From Minisyncoccia bacterium (GTDB taxonomy: Bacteria > Patescibacteriota > Minisyncoccia > Moranbacterales > GCA-2747515), in the NCBI GenBank assembly GCA_041738235.1, contig JBGSQF010000013.1, forward strand, positions 63,345 to 127,344: a stretch of 64,000 nucleotides of DNA, given 5' to 3'. A program made the translations under genes and the position numbers. Below are positions 1-10,861 of this stretch, piece by piece. Within the stretch, counting starts at the first letter, position 1; the number at the start of each line of letters is the position of its first letter. The notes beneath the pieces were generated by a model, which made no database searches, was not told the origin of the DNA, and saw nothing but the letters and a program-made list of their open reading frames with translations.

Positions 1-753
1 GGTATCGAGACATTGGGAGGAGTAGCAACGCCGCTCATCGACAAGAACACCACGATCCCCGCAACGAAATCACAGGTATTTTCTACTGCCGCGGACAATC
101 AGCCGAGCGTTGAGATCCATGTGGTGCAGGGAGAACGTGCGCAAGCATCGGACAACAAGTCTCTCGGACGATTCATTCTTGATGGTATTCCCCCTTCACC
201 AAGAGGTATTCCTCAGATCGAAGTGTCGTTCGATATCGATGCGAACGGGATTCTGAGCGTGAAGGCGCAGGACAAGGCGACGGGAAAAACCCAGTCGATC
301 CGTATCGAAGCATCCAGCGGTCTTTCCAAGGATGAGATCGAGCGAATGAAAAAGGATGCTGAAGCACACGCCGAAGAGGACAAGAAAAAGAAGGAGATGA
401 TCGAGGTGAAGAATATGGCAGACACACTCGCTTATACGACCGAAAAAGCGCTCAAAGATGCCGGAGACAAGATCACTGACGATGAGCGAAAGCCGGTCTT
501 GGAGAAACTTGAGGCGTTAAAACAGGTGAAAGATGGGAGTGACCCTGAAGCGATCAAGAAGGCAACGGAGGAACTCTCTACCGAAGCGCAGAAGATCGGA
601 GAGAAGCTCTATAAGGCGTCTCAGCCGGAGCAGGGTGCCCCACAGGGTCAAGCGACAGGGGACCCTTCGACAAGCTCAGGGCAGGCGACAAATGACCAAC
701 AGCAAACGACCGACGACAAGGGTCCGAAGGACGCAGAGACAGAGAAGAAGTAA
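1..753 (+). CDS. dnaK: Chaperone DnaK, C-terminal part (5'-truncated by window)
   Basis: [20 protein letters not shown]...[20 protein letters not shown]...[24 protein letters not shown] is the Hsp70 substrate-binding domain. Confidence 0.98.
   Translation, partial: GIETLGGVATPLIDKNTTIPATKSQVFSTAADNQPSVEIHVVQGERAQASDNKSLGRFILDGIPPSPRGIPQIEVSFDIDANGILSVKAQDKATGKTQSIRIEASSGLSKDEIERMKKDAEAHAEEDKKKKEMIEVKNMADTLAYTTEKALKDAGDKITDDERKPVLEKLEALKQVKDGSDPEAIKKATEELSTEAQKIGEKLYKASQPEQGAPQGQATGDPSTSSGQATNDQQQTTDDKGPKDAETEKK
663..686 (+). repeat. REP-like short element in frame in the dnaK tail (PSTSSGQA)
   Basis: CCCTTCGACAAGCTCAGGGCAGGC: CCCT/AGGG arms, GGCAGG end; resembles a small repeat recalled from other genomes. 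Confidence 0.5.
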
Positions 754-761
754 GACGATCG

Positions 762-787
762 AAAGGGCGGGGGCAACCCCGCCTTTT
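762..787 (+). terminator. Intrinsic terminator after dnaK
   Basis: AAAGGGCGGGG-GCAA-CCCCGCCTTTT hairpin followed by T run. Confidence 0.85.
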
Positions 788-836
788 GTGTTATAATAGG
801 TCTGCCTAAAGGACCATACATATTGTAATATTTGAT

Positions 837-1194
837 ATGCAAACTGTTGAGAATTATATGCGGGGGGAATGTAAGATGGAGTGTTTGGGTTGTATGAATA
901 CTGAAAAAAACGAGGAACGTTTGGAATATATAGAGACGCTAGTTCGGTTGCGAAAGGGGTATGCGTGAAGCATTAGGTATTGAAACGGTTTACTTCTTTC
1001 AGAATGAAGATACCGACCACCATTTCCATCAATGGATGTTTCCACGATATGATTGGATGCTTTCGAAATTTGGGAAAAAGGTCGAGTCCGTACGTCCAAT
1101 TATGCGGTATACACAAGAACAAATGAAGACGCCGGAGAATATCTTGGTGGTAGAGAGCGCAGTAGAAAATATGCGGGGGTGGATGAGTAAGTAA
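837..1194 (+). pseudogene. HIT-family hydrolase, frameshifted and probably internally deleted
   Basis: Frame from 837 (..CKMECLGC..LVRLRKG) shifts at AAGGGGTATG into MREALGIETVYFFQNEDTDHHFHQWMFPRY, which has a HIT-like HxH motif. Confidence 0.6.
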
Positions 1195-1203
1195 AATATT
1201 ATT

Positions 1204-1770
1204 GTGCAGATGAACCGTATGTCCCAACAACAAGAAGAATTCCTGGATGTCGTTGATAAAAACAATAACCCTACCGGAGAAGTGGTTTCAAGAAAGAGGG
1301 TGCATAGCGAGGGGCTTTGGCATCGGGTGGTGCATATGTATGTTTTTCGGAGAAGTAAGGACAGGGATGGTATTGAATTTTTAGTGCACCTCCGGTCACC
1401 ACATAAAGACCACAGTCCGAATAAGTGGGATACGCGCTTTGGAGGACACGTTCAGTCTGGAAAGACGCTTCACGAAAGCGTTGAGACTGAGCTCATGGAG
1501 GAGATAGGAGTGGACGCAAGGATATATGATCTTATTGAGGGAGACTGGATGAGTTGGGATGATTTCCCTAACCGAGAATTTCAGAAAGTATATTATCTTG
1601 AAGTGCAAGAAGAGGTATCAAATATGGTTTTTAACGATGGAGAGGTGCAGGAGGTAAGGTGGATGAGTACCGAGGAAATTCGCAGATCTATAAAGGTCGA
1701 TACTACAAAATGGACAACGAGTCTTGAATGGTTCGTTATAGTTTCGGAATATCTGCATTCAAAAATATAA
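1204..1770 (+). CDS. NUDIX hydrolase (IDI-like N-terminus)
   Basis: LDVVD..GLWHRVVH..GGHVQSGKTLHESVETELMEEIGV (degenerate Nudix box). Confidence 0.85.
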   Translation: MQMNRMSQQQEEFLDVVDKNNNPTGEVVSRKRVHSEGLWHRVVHMYVFRRSKDRDGIEFLVHLRSPHKDHSPNKWDTRFGGHVQSGKTLHESVETELMEEIGVDARIYDLIEGDWMSWDDFPNREFQKVYYLEVQEEVSNMVFNDGEVQEVRWMSTEEIRRSIKVDTTKWTTSLEWFVIVSEYLHSKI

Positions 1771-1776
1771 ATAGTT

Positions 1777-2298
1777 ATGATTACACCTGACCAAAAAAAA
1801 TGGATCGATCATCTTTCGGATATTGATACGATTTGTGTTGTTCCGTATGATAAGGAGGTGGAAAGAATATTTGAAGATGTTCGGATAAAAATAGAGAAAT
1901 TGATCGGTAGCGAGTATTCTATTGAGCATCATGGGGCATCAAGCCTGGGTATTTCTGGGCAAGACGAGATTGATGTGTACGTTCCTGTCGCATCAAGATA
2001 CTTTGATGAGTTAGTATTGAAATTAACGAATTTTCTAGGGGAGCCCAAAAGTCACTATTCTTACAAAAGGGCGCGATTTTCTTTTGTGGAAAATGGGAAG
2101 CGAATCGATATTTTTCCTATAAATCAAGAGAGTGATGACTGGAAGAGAATGCTGACGTTTGAAAACTTTTTAAGAGAGAACACTGATGTGCTTGAGCAGT
2201 ATCGAATACTGAAAGAATCTGGGAATGGGTTGAGTATTCGAGAGTATTATCGACGGAAGATCGAATTTATCAATGATGTTTTGGAAGGTGATAAATAA
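1777..2298 (+). CDS. GrpB family nucleotidyltransferase-fold protein
   Basis: VVPYD..IEHHGASSLGISGQDEIDV..F..FLR..Y..LK..Y...K.EFI. Confidence 0.8.
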   Translation: MITPDQKKWIDHLSDIDTICVVPYDKEVERIFEDVRIKIEKLIGSEYSIEHHGASSLGISGQDEIDVYVPVASRYFDELVLKLTNFLGEPKSHYSYKRARFSFVENGKRIDIFPINQESDDWKRMLTFENFLRENTDVLEQYRILKESGNGLSIREYYRRKIEFINDVLEGDK

Positions 2299-2317
2299 AT
2301 AATCTATAAATAAAAGT

Positions 2318-2629
2318 ATGAACAACGAAAAACAGAACGCTGGTGGGCAGATGCAGATCAAAGCATCCGACGAAGCGCTTAAAGGGGAGTATTCTAATGT
2401 GGCAAATATTCAACACACAAAGGAAGAGTTCGTACTCGATTTTCTGAATGTGTTTCCACCGACGGGGATACTCAGTAGTCGGGTGATCGTGTCTCCGGGA
2501 CACTTCAAGCGCATGGTTGGGGCGATGGCGGAGAATCTCAAGAAGTACGAAGAGAAGTTTGGTGTTCTTTCCATTTCTCAGTCACCTACTGAGTCAGAAA
2601 GGACGATAGGTTTTCACACCGGTGATTAA
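2318..2629 (+). CDS. DUF3467 family protein
   Basis: GEYSNVANIQHTKEEFVLDF..SRVIVSPGHFKRM. Confidence 0.85.
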   Translation: MNNEKQNAGGQMQIKASDEALKGEYSNVANIQHTKEEFVLDFLNVFPPTGILSSRVIVSPGHFKRMVGAMAENLKKYEEKFGVLSISQSPTESERTIGFHTGD

Positions 2630-2705
2630 AAAACTTTTCTGAAAAAGCTAACTCGACGTCTGGTATGGGCGTCGAGTGGGGGCGGAACATTCTCGAAGGG
2701 CATAT

Positions 2706-3125
2706 TCAAATAAGTCTTCGAAATTCTCCGCGAAAGCCACAATATTCTTCGCGAAATTCTTTCTCATCCACCATGAGGAGCGTGTTTCCGATCGCTGTGG
2801 CCAAATCGGTGTTATAGGGTACGATGTAGTACCAGGATCGGTCGGAACGCCTGCGACTAATGAATCGCCAGCGAAGTACGCTATTTTCGCTACAGGGGAG
2901 GTTAAAAGCTCGATCACTTTTCTTTTTCCCTGGAACAAAAGTGACATCCGCCGTGCCCTCGACGAGAATGCTTGGAAGACAAAACTTTACCAGAAAGGAT
3001 CCGTCCTGTTTGAAGCATTCCGCAGGAGTTTCTTTGTCTGATGCTCTTAAGAGGAGACATGCTTGTCTTTTGTGACACGGATCTGGTGAGACAAAGTAAC
3101 AATAGAACGTTGGCAACGTGTGCAT
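2706..3125 (-). CDS. Hypothetical protein (ORFan cassette)
   Basis: 139-aa ORF with GAGGAG SD upstream and a downstream hairpin at about 2652-2676. Confidence 0.6.
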   Translation of the reverse strand: MHTLPTFYCYFVSPDPCHKRQACLLLRASDKETPAECFKQDGSFLVKFCLPSILVEGTADVTFVPGKKKSDRAFNLPCSENSVLRWRFISRRRSDRSWYYIVPYNTDLATAIGNTLLMVDEKEFREEYCGFRGEFRRLI

Positions 3126-3334
3126 AGGGATTTCTCCTCGTTAGGTGGTGCAGGGCGGGATTCGCGTTTTTTGTTAAGGATCTGGCAAGGGGTGGTACGG
3201 TGTATCTAAACATCATTAGAAGAGAGAAGCAGTAATACTGATACTTGTCTGGTTAAGGCAATATTTCATAATCATTGATTTTTTGTTTTAAAAGAGGTAT
3301 TTTAAAGGGGAGGTAATTTTTAAAAGAAAAGTTT

Positions 3335-4318
3335 ATGTTATTTTGGCAATCACTCAAAAGGAGCGTGCATGATCCTGAGTTTTATCGGGAAGTTTCAAAA
3401 CAGTCATTTTCTCAAGGATTTTCGTTCTTTATAAGATATATTCTGTTGCTTTCGGCAATGGTCTCATTGGTCATATTGACGTATTTAGGGATATTCCTTT
3501 TTGGTGGAAAGTTTGATGAAATGATGCGTGATGCTAAGTCATTTTACCCGGACGATCTAGTTGTAACGATCGTGAATGGAAAGATCTCGATCAACCAGGA
3601 GCAACCGTATGCTATTCCTTTGCCAGTGAGCGGAAATATAAAGGACAAAGAGGGTGATTTGAATTACCTAGCAGTTATCGATACGGAGTACCCGATCACG
3701 TTGGAGGCGCTTAAGGAGTACAAGACGGTAACGTTAGTAGGCGAGAGTAGTATCGGATTTCGAGATGACTCCGGAACGCTGAAGATCTATGAAATTCCGA
3801 AAGAAGTGAATATGGTGATCGATCGTTCTTGGGTTGACGGAACTGTTGATAAGGGTATAGGAGCTATTAAGAAAGTGGGTTTTGGAGTTGCTTTTGTAGG
3901 TGTTCCTCTCGCGATCTTTATAGGATTTACTATCGGGGTGATGATGTACCTGATATTTGCCGCACTTATCGTGTGGATTATCGCGCGGGTCAACAATCTT
4001 TCGTATAGTTACAAACAGTCCTATGTCGCGAGTATGTATCTTATTACGGTGCCACAGGCTCTCTCCGTCGTTTTCTTTTGGTTGGCGATAATCATTCCTT
4101 ATTTCCGAACGATCATTTTTATTGTATTGGCGATCCTGAATCTTAAAAAGGATGATCATCAATCAGCGGTAATGGGTCAGCAGCAGGATGGAACACAAAA
4201 CGTGGTAAGTAATACATCCCCGTTTTCTGAAGTTAGGACGGACCTTCCGAATACTCTACCGGAAAAGAACACTGATCGACCAGATGGATCTAAAGAACTT
4301 GAAAAGGAGAAGGAATAA
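3335..4318 (+). CDS. DUF1189-like membrane protein
   Basis: N-terminal TM segment, extracytoplasmic domain, three C-terminal TM segments, LSYSYKQSYVASMYLITVP. Confidence 0.7.
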   Translation: MLFWQSLKRSVHDPEFYREVSKQSFSQGFSFFIRYILLLSAMVSLVILTYLGIFLFGGKFDEMMRDAKSFYPDDLVVTIVNGKISINQEQPYAIPLPVSGNIKDKEGDLNYLAVIDTEYPITLEALKEYKTVTLVGESSIGFRDDSGTLKIYEIPKEVNMVIDRSWVDGTVDKGIGAIKKVGFGVAFVGVPLAIFIGFTIGVMMYLIFAALIVWIIARVNNLSYSYKQSYVASMYLITVPQALSVVFFWLAIIIPYFRTIIFIVLAILNLKKDDHQSAVMGQQQDGTQNVVSNTSPFSEVRTDLPNTLPEKNTDRPDGSKELEKEKE

Positions 4319-4322
4319 CGCT

Positions 4323-5510
4323 ATGCATGAAAGTATCTCGGCGACAAAGCCAAGAAGAAAAACTCGTGTAGTGATGGTGGGTGATGTTGGCATTGGCGGA
4401 GATGAACCGATCCGAGTGCAGACCATGACCAACACCGATACGCTTGATATTGAGGCAACCGTAGAGCAGATCAAACGGTGCGTGGATGCCGGTTCAGAGT
4501 TGATCCGTTTGACCACTCAGTCGCCAAAACATGCTCGGGCACTTGAGGACATTCGTCAGCAACTCAAGAAGAAATATGCTGTCTCTATTCCTCTTATTGC
4601 TGATGTGCATTTTTCGCCCCCAGCTGCTTTTGAGGCGCTCAAGTGGGCGGATAAGGTGCGCCTTAATCCCGGGAATCTTCTTGATACAAAACTTTTCAAA
4701 AAATTAGAATACGAAACAGGATCGTATGAAAGAGAGCTTGCTCGGATCGAGGAACAGCTTCTGCCATTTATTCAAGCGGCAAAGGATTCTGGTAAATCGA
4801 TCCGTATAGGCGCTAATCACGGATCTCTTTCGGATCGAATATTAAGTCGTTATGGTGATACTCCGGAAGGGATGGTGGAAAGTGCGATGGAATATCTGCG
4901 CATCTTTCATAAAAATCATTACGACGAGATCGTGGTGGCAATGAAGGCGTCGGATCCGCTTATTATGATCGAGGCAAACCGACTCTTGGTGCAAAAGCTG
5001 GATGATGAAGGGATGGACTATCCAATACATTTGGGAGTAACGGAAGCGGGTAATGCAGAGGATGGACGTGCCAAGTCGACGATCGGTATTGGAACGTTGT
5101 TATTGGAAGGGGTGGGGGATACATTACGCGTATCGTTGACCGAGGATCCAGAAAGAGAGATATCGGTATGTTATAGTATCTTGCAGGCAACACGCAGGCG
5201 GATCACCAAAACGGAATTTATCTCATGTCCGTCGTGTGGGCGAACGCTGTACAACATTGAGGAGGTGACAAATAAGATCAAAGAACGAATGGGACATCTT
5301 AAAGGGGTGCGCATCGCAATTATGGGATGTATTGTCAATGGTCTGGGAGAGATGGCGGATGCTGACTTTGGGTATGTGGGAGGTGCACCGGGACAGGTGA
5401 GCTTATACTTCAAAAAAGAACTTGTCCGACGTGGCGTTCCTGAAGCGGAAGCTATTGATGCTTTGGAGGATCTGATCAAGGAGAAGGGATTGTGGGTGGA
5501 TAAAGGGTAA
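4323..5510 (+). CDS. ispG: (E)-4-hydroxy-3-methylbut-2-enyl-diphosphate synthase
   Basis: IRVQTMTNTDT, PLIADVHF, RIGANHGSLS, HLGVTEAG, SCPSCGR, AIMGCIVNG. Confidence 0.97.
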   Translation: MHESISATKPRRKTRVVMVGDVGIGGDEPIRVQTMTNTDTLDIEATVEQIKRCVDAGSELIRLTTQSPKHARALEDIRQQLKKKYAVSIPLIADVHFSPPAAFEALKWADKVRLNPGNLLDTKLFKKLEYETGSYERELARIEEQLLPFIQAAKDSGKSIRIGANHGSLSDRILSRYGDTPEGMVESAMEYLRIFHKNHYDEIVVAMKASDPLIMIEANRLLVQKLDDEGMDYPIHLGVTEAGNAEDGRAKSTIGIGTLLLEGVGDTLRVSLTEDPEREISVCYSILQATRRRITKTEFISCPSCGRTLYNIEEVTNKIKERMGHLKGVRIAIMGCIVNGLGEMADADFGYVGGAPGQVSLYFKKELVRRGVPEAEAIDALEDLIKEKGLWVDKG

Positions 5511-5619
5511 TGGACAAGTAATGGGAGATGGTTGGTGAGAGCGGGAGTGGGGATGAAGACTTGCCAAAAGGCGAGTTTTTTTGTATGAATAGTATACCCA
5601 AAACGAGTGGAGTATAGCC

Positions 5620-5796
5620 ATGTACGATCCGAGTGACCCGAGTAACTTCCCTGTGGAGATCTCTGATCCCAGGATAGACGTTCGGTTGGTGATCAAGCCC
5701 TGTTGTCGGGGGGCTCAAGGACCCTTCATCCCGGGGGGTGACGATGGAACGCCGGACCATGAAGAGCTTATTGGTGCGGATGTGGGTGACGATTAG
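5620..5796 (+). CDS. Small acidic hypothetical protein (58 aa, not in ORF track)
   Basis: GGAG SD, MYDPSDPSNFPVEISDPRIDVRLVIKPCCRGAQGPFIPGGDDGTPDHEELIGADVGDD*, followed by AGGGGGTTGG..CCAGCCCCCT hairpin. Confidence 0.5.
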   Translation: MYDPSDPSNFPVEISDPRIDVRLVIKPCCRGAQGPFIPGGDDGTPDHEELIGADVGDD

Positions 5797-5877
5797 GATG
5801 TCGTCACGAGTTGGGGGAGAGGGGGTTGGTAGTATCCAGCCCCCTTGAAAGTTTTTGCCTTAAGGAGAGTTGTCAAC

Positions 5878-5906
5878 TTGCTTGCTTTTCCTGGTTTTGG
5901 TATAAT
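5878..5906 (+). promoter_or_regulatory. Sigma70 promoter of murB (probably leaderless transcript)
   Basis: TTGCTT-17-TATAAT with extended TG; ATG 6 nt after the -10 box. Confidence 0.65.
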
Positions 5907-5912
5907 TTTACT

Positions 5913-6842
5913 ATGATCACTATACAAGAAAACATACCTTTAGCGCCGTACACCACTTTTAAGATCGGTGGACCAGCGCGGTATTATTTTGAGGCCTCGG
6001 ATACTGAAGAGCTTAAGGAGGCTTTGCATTGGGCGCGAGAACAGAAACAGGAGGTATATATTCTTGGTGGAGGAAGCAATGTTCTTATTTCTGATTCAGG
6101 TTATCCTGGGCTGGTCATTCGACTTGTTGAAACGACGCCGATCGTGGTTGGAAATATGATAACAGCGTTTGCGGGGTGTCCGCTTATGATGGTGGTACAA
6201 ACAGCTCAAAAAAATGCGCTTGCTGGAATGGAACGTATGGCTGGGATTCCCGGGACCATTGGAGGAGCAGCTTATGGAAACGCTGGTGCCTTTGGAACGG
6301 AAATGAAAAATGTTGTGGCAAGTGTCACAGCTGTTCACCTTGAAACAGTGGAAGAAAGAAGGTTTCTTCATGGACAGTGTGAGTTTGGATATCGGAAAAG
6401 TTATTTTAAGACGAATCCGGAGTGGGTCATTGCTCAGGTGGAAGTTTCTTTGGAAGAGGGGAAGGATACAGAATTGTTGGCGATCATGGGGGATACGATC
6501 GCACAACGCAATGCTAAGCAAACCCAGGATGTCAAGAGTGCGGGATCCTATTTTGTAAATCCCGTGATCGAAGATGATATGCTGCGAAAGGAATTTGAGA
6601 AAGAGTCAGGAACAGCATCGAGAGAGAACAAGGTGCCAGCTGGGTGGATCATTGATAAAGCTGGACTTCGAGGGAAAAAGATCGGAGGAGCAATGGTGAG
6701 TCGTGAGCATCCAAACTATATTCTCAATGTTGAAAACGCCACAGCAGAAGACGTGGTGACATTGGAAAGCTTTATAAAACAACAAGTTCGCGACAAATAT
6801 AATGTAGAACTTGAACGAGAGGTTCGGTGTGTTGGATTTTGA
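5913..6842 (+). CDS. murB: UDP-N-acetylenolpyruvoylglucosamine reductase
   Basis: LAPYTTFKIGGPA, LGGGSNVL, GIPGTIGGA..GNAGAFG, SAGSYFVNP, LEREV. Confidence 0.97.
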   Translation: MITIQENIPLAPYTTFKIGGPARYYFEASDTEELKEALHWAREQKQEVYILGGGSNVLISDSGYPGLVIRLVETTPIVVGNMITAFAGCPLMMVVQTAQKNALAGMERMAGIPGTIGGAAYGNAGAFGTEMKNVVASVTAVHLETVEERRFLHGQCEFGYRKSYFKTNPEWVIAQVEVSLEEGKDTELLAIMGDTIAQRNAKQTQDVKSAGSYFVNPVIEDDMLRKEFEKESGTASRENKVPAGWIIDKAGLRGKKIGGAMVSREHPNYILNVENATAEDVVTLESFIKQQVRDKYNVELEREVRCVGF

Positions 6843-6960
6843 CGGTGGAGTTGTTGATTGCGCTTAAAAAAAGACCGCAGTGGCTGTTGTATTGAAAGAA
6901 ATATTTTATCTCGGATGTGCGTATTAACAGCAGGTAGGAATAATTTCTAGTAAAACACAT

Positions 6961-7320
6961 ATGATGGTACATTTTACATTTTTACGAGGAGTGGAGGTGG
7001 ATGCGGAGACTCGTGGGTACGTTGAAAAAAAGGTTCAGGCGGCAGGAAAGGCTTTGACGGAGGGTCTCGTGGAGGCAAACGTGGAGATCGGTCAGGATAA
7101 AAGAGAGCGATTTTCTGTGGAAGTAATGATTCGATCGGGAAAAGATGTTTTTCGCGCAAAAGAAGATAGAGCTGAAAGCACTGAAGAGGCAATTGATAAG
7201 GTTGAGGAGAAATTGCAAGTGCAGATACGGGAGAATCGTAAGAGAGTGGCGGATCTGGAGGAGCGGGGAGGTCGATCGGTTAAAAAAAGGTTAACGGTTG
7301 ATGAGGGAGCGAGGTTTTAG
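6961..7320 (+). CDS. hpf: Ribosome hibernation promoting factor (HPF/RaiA)
   Basis: GVEVDAETRGYVEKKV..AIDKVEEKLQVQIR; upstream of secA. Confidence 0.8.
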   Translation: MMVHFTFLRGVEVDAETRGYVEKKVQAAGKALTEGLVEANVEIGQDKRERFSVEVMIRSGKDVFRAKEDRAESTEEAIDKVEEKLQVQIRENRKRVADLEERGGRSVKKRLTVDEGARF

Positions 7321-7365
7321 CGGATGTTTTGGAGGTCGTTGCGGGTGAGATGTATCAAAGTCTTT

Positions 7366-7392
7366 AAAAGGTGCCTTCTAAGGCACCTTTTT
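7366..7392. terminator. Bidirectional terminator
   Basis: AAAAGGTGCCTT-CT-AAGGCACCTTTTT between convergent genes. Confidence 0.75.
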
Positions 7393-7477
7393 GAGAAAAT
7401 AAAAAATCGCTTTGTGAGCGAAATATTTGGTTTGGGCGCGGGGGCGACGGATCGTTGATCCATCGCACCCCGCGGGG

Positions 7478-7930
7478 TTATGCGAGTAAGGCTCTGACGG
7501 GGACGGCCCAGAGGAGGGCAGAGCCTGCAAAGAACGCGATCGTGGAAAGCTCCTGCATCCACCGCCACTCCTTCTGAGCGCTTCCGACGGAAACGGGGAG
7601 GCCCATAAAGAACGTGATCACGGTGGCAGTGATCATGTTGACCGTGGTTCCCATCACCTCCCCGTTGTGGGTGAAGTGGAGTAGTAGGAGCCATGGGACC
7701 AAAAATCCGAAGAGAAATCTTGGAAGGGACCCCATGAATATTCCCGTGATCTCACCCCTGGTATCTTTGAGGGTAAGCCCCTTTTTTCCCGCAGTCTGGC
7801 TGTAAATCCAGGTGAGGATCCCTAGGCTTGCAGCTAGGGCCACGAATTGTAGAGCGTAGTTAAAGGTGACGATCAAAACAGCAATCGCCATCTCTTGGAA
7901 CAGTCCGAGGAGTTGGGACAGGATGTCCAT
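7478..7930 (-). CDS. Hypothetical multi-pass membrane protein (ORFan cassette)
   Basis: 150 aa, about 4 hydrophobic segments; TTGACA on - strand near 8029-8034. Confidence 0.65.
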   Translation of the reverse strand: MDILSQLLGLFQEMAIAVLIVTFNYALQFVALAASLGILTWIYSQTAGKKGLTLKDTRGEITGIFMGSLPRFLFGFLVPWLLLLHFTHNGEVMGTTVNMITATVITFFMGLPVSVGSAQKEWRWMQELSTIAFFAGSALLWAVPVRALLA

Positions 7931-8193
7931 TTTGAGATCCTTTATTTGGGTTTAACTGAGCCTCGGTCTAATGTCGAGGCACCGGTTCTTGTTAAAGAAC
8001 AGAATACTGTGGCATATATCCATAATCTTGTCAATAGTAGAGGCTTGTTGAAGGTTTACTTTAGGGGGAATGGTTGGTATTATGGTGATGGCTCACTCTA
8101 TCAAGAGTATGGGGAATCGTTTATGAAACCGTATTTTTCTAGTATGGGCAATGTTTGTTTTTTAAACAGGGTCATTAAATTATTTGGATCGCT

Positions 8194-10860
8194 ATGTTGA
8201 AATTTTTTACAAAAGTATTTGGTTCCAACGATCGTGAAGTGAACAAAATTCGTCCGATCGTTGAAAGGGTGAATGCTCTTGAGGAGGAAACAAAAAAACT
8301 CACTGATGAACAGCTTCAGGGTAAGACACAGGAGTTTCGAGATCGTATCAAAAAGGGTGAGACTTTGGATGACATTTTGCCGGAGGCGTTTGCGGTGGTC
8401 CGTGAAGGGGCACAGCGCGTGATCGGGCAACGACACTTCGATGTACAAATATTGGGAGGGATCGTACTTCATCGGGGGGCGATCGCTGAGATGAAGACGG
8501 GGGAAGGAAAGACGCTTACCTCAACGCTTGCGGTCTACTTGAATGCATTGACCGGGAAGGGTGTGCACGTAGTGACAGTGAACGATTATTTGGCTAAGCG
8601 TGACTGCAATTGGATGGGTTCGGTGTATCATTTTCTAGGACTCTCTACAGGGTGCATTTTACACGATGGAGGTTTTATCTATGAACCAAAGGTGATCGAT
8701 AAGAACGAGGTGAGCGTGGAACAGGAAAATCTGCGCACAGTAAGTCGTCGAGACGCATACGGCGCTGACGTTACCTACGGAACGAACAATGAATTTGGTT
8801 TTGACTATCTTCGTGACAATATGGTGAGCCGTGCTGAAGAGCGTGTGCAACGACCATTTTCTTTTGCTATCGTGGATGAGGTGGACTCGATATTGATCGA
8901 TGAGGCGCGTACCCCACTGATCATCAGTGCACCGGACAGTGAGTCAACGGATCTCTATAAGAAATTTTCTACGGCGGTACGACATTTGAAGGTTGATGCT
9001 GATTATACCGTTGATGAAAAAATGAAGGCGGTAGCACTGACCGATGAAGGGATTTCGCATGCCGAGAAAGTGTTGGGCATAGCGGATATGTACAGTCCGG
9101 GAAATATTCGTTATGTACATCACTTGGAACAGGCGCTTAAAGCAGAGGTGATCTTTCAGCGCGATCGGGATTATGTGGTAAAGGATGGACAGATCATAAT
9201 TGTGGATGACTTTACGGGAAGGCTCATGCCCGGACGTCGATATAGCGAAGGACTACATCAAGCATTGGAGGCAAAGGAAGGGGTGCAAGTGCAGAAAGAA
9301 TCAAAGACATTGGCTACGATCACATTCCAAAACTTCTTTCGTATGTACGAGAAGCTGTCTGGTATGACAGGGACGGCTCTCACAAGCGCTGAGGAATTTG
9401 CAAAGGTGTATAAATTGGATGTAGTAGAGATCCCAACTAATCAGCCGGCCATACGCAAAGATCTTCCGGATATTATTTACAAGACAGAAGAGGGAAAGTT
9501 CAAGGCGATCGCTGAGCGGATCAAAGAACTGAAAGAAAAGGGTCAGCCAGTGCTGGTGGGAACGATCGCCATCGAAAAGTCCGAATATCTTAGCGCACTT
9601 CTTATGCGTGAGGGAGTAAGTCATGAGGTTCTGAATGCCAAGAATCACGAACGTGAAGCGCAGATCATTTCTGATGCAGGACAAAAAGGATCGGTGACGA
9701 TCGCTACGAACATGGCAGGACGCGGAACCGATATCAAGCTTGGTGAAGGTGTTCGTGAGACCGGAGGGCTGTTTATTTTGGGAACAGAACGACATGAGGC
9801 ACGGCGCATCGATAATCAGTTACGAGGACGAGCCGGACGACAGGGGGACCCGGGTGTGTCGCAATTCTATATTTCTTTGGAAGATGAGCTTGTGCGACGA
9901 TTCGGTGGGGACAAGCTCAAAAATATGATGGACACATTGGGACTGCCTGACGATCAGCCGATCCAGAATGGGATCATCTCTAAGAGCATCGAAAGTGCGC
10001 AAACACGTATCGAGGGATTCAACTTTGACATCAGAAAACACGTCTTGGAATACGATGATGTCATGAACAAGCAGCGTGAAGTGGTATATAAGAAACGTTT
10101 GGAATTCGTTGAGAAATCGAACGTAAAACCGATCGTGTTGGATATGATGTCAGAGGAGGTGGAAACGATCGTGTCCGCGCGTTGTGTGGGAGAACCATAT
10201 GAGTGGGATATTGACGCACTGGTAGAAGACATGAATTTTGCGGGATTTTCCGAGAAAGAGAAAGAAGAGATCAATCGAATGCGGGAAGATACACATATGG
10301 ACGACGCGCACAAAAGGACGAAGGTTCATGAATATATTTTTGACCGCGTCAAGGCCGTATACAACAAGAAGGAAGAAAGTATCGGAGTTGAATCGGTGCG
10401 TCAAATGGAAAAGTATGTAGGTCTTCGAACGATCGATGAGATGTGGATGAATCATCTTGATGAAATGGACTATATGCGTCAAGGTATTGGACTTCGTGGG
10501 TATGCTCAACGCGATCCTCTCGTGGAGTATAAAAAAGAGGCCTTTGGGATGTTTGCGGGACTCATGGACACAGTGCGCAGAAATATCGTTTCGATCTTGA
10601 TGCGTATGGAGAAACAGGTTCAGGCACCTGTGCAACAGTTAGCTGTACAGCCGGCGCAGTTAGTGTATAGCGGTCCTGAAGGGCAACCAGCACAGTTCGG
10701 TGCGCTTGATCAGGGGTCTGGTCAGGTTGCTCAGGGGTCTGGAGAGAGTGCGAAGAAAGAGCAACCAAAACAAAAGCCGATCCATGCGGAACATATCGGT
10801 CGAAATGACCCTTGTCCATGCGGGTCAGGGAAGAAGTATAAGAAATGCCATGGGAAATAA
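8194..10860 (+). CDS. secA: Preprotein translocase subunit SecA
   Basis: [42 protein letters not shown]-terminal [19 protein letters not shown]. Confidence 0.99.
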   Translation: MLKFFTKVFGSNDREVNKIRPIVERVNALEEETKKLTDEQLQGKTQEFRDRIKKGETLDDILPEAFAVVREGAQRVIGQRHFDVQILGGIVLHRGAIAEMKTGEGKTLTSTLAVYLNALTGKGVHVVTVNDYLAKRDCNWMGSVYHFLGLSTGCILHDGGFIYEPKVIDKNEVSVEQENLRTVSRRDAYGADVTYGTNNEFGFDYLRDNMVSRAEERVQRPFSFAIVDEVDSILIDEARTPLIISAPDSESTDLYKKFSTAVRHLKVDADYTVDEKMKAVALTDEGISHAEKVLGIADMYSPGNIRYVHHLEQALKAEVIFQRDRDYVVKDGQIIIVDDFTGRLMPGRRYSEGLHQALEAKEGVQVQKESKTLATITFQNFFRMYEKLSGMTGTALTSAEEFAKVYKLDVVEIPTNQPAIRKDLPDIIYKTEEGKFKAIAERIKELKEKGQPVLVGTIAIEKSEYLSALLMREGVSHEVLNAKNHEREAQIISDAGQKGSVTIATNMAGRGTDIKLGEGVRETGGLFILGTERHEARRIDNQLRGRAGRQGDPGVSQFYISLEDELVRRFGGDKLKNMMDTLGLPDDQPIQNGIISKSIESAQTRIEGFNFDIRKHVLEYDDVMNKQREVVYKKRLEFVEKSNVKPIVLDMMSEEVETIVSARCVGEPYEWDIDALVEDMNFAGFSEKEKEEINRMREDTHMDDAHKRTKVHEYIFDRVKAVYNKKEESIGVESVRQMEKYVGLRTIDEMWMNHLDEMDYMRQGIGLRGYAQRDPLVEYKKEAFGMFAGLMDTVRRNIVSILMRMEKQVQAPVQQLAVQPAQLVYSGPEGQPAQFGALDQGSGQVAQGSGESAKKEQPKQKPIHAEHIGRNDPCPCGSGKKYKKCHGK

Positions 10861-10861
10861 G

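Noticed and set aside
10711-10743. CAGGGGTCTGG direct repeat in the secA tail
   Set aside because: Short duplication in a disordered linker with no further structure.
10700-10861. N-terminal extension of the ppa ORF overlapping secA
   Set aside because: Artefact of longest-ORF calling. Homology begins at ATG 10862.
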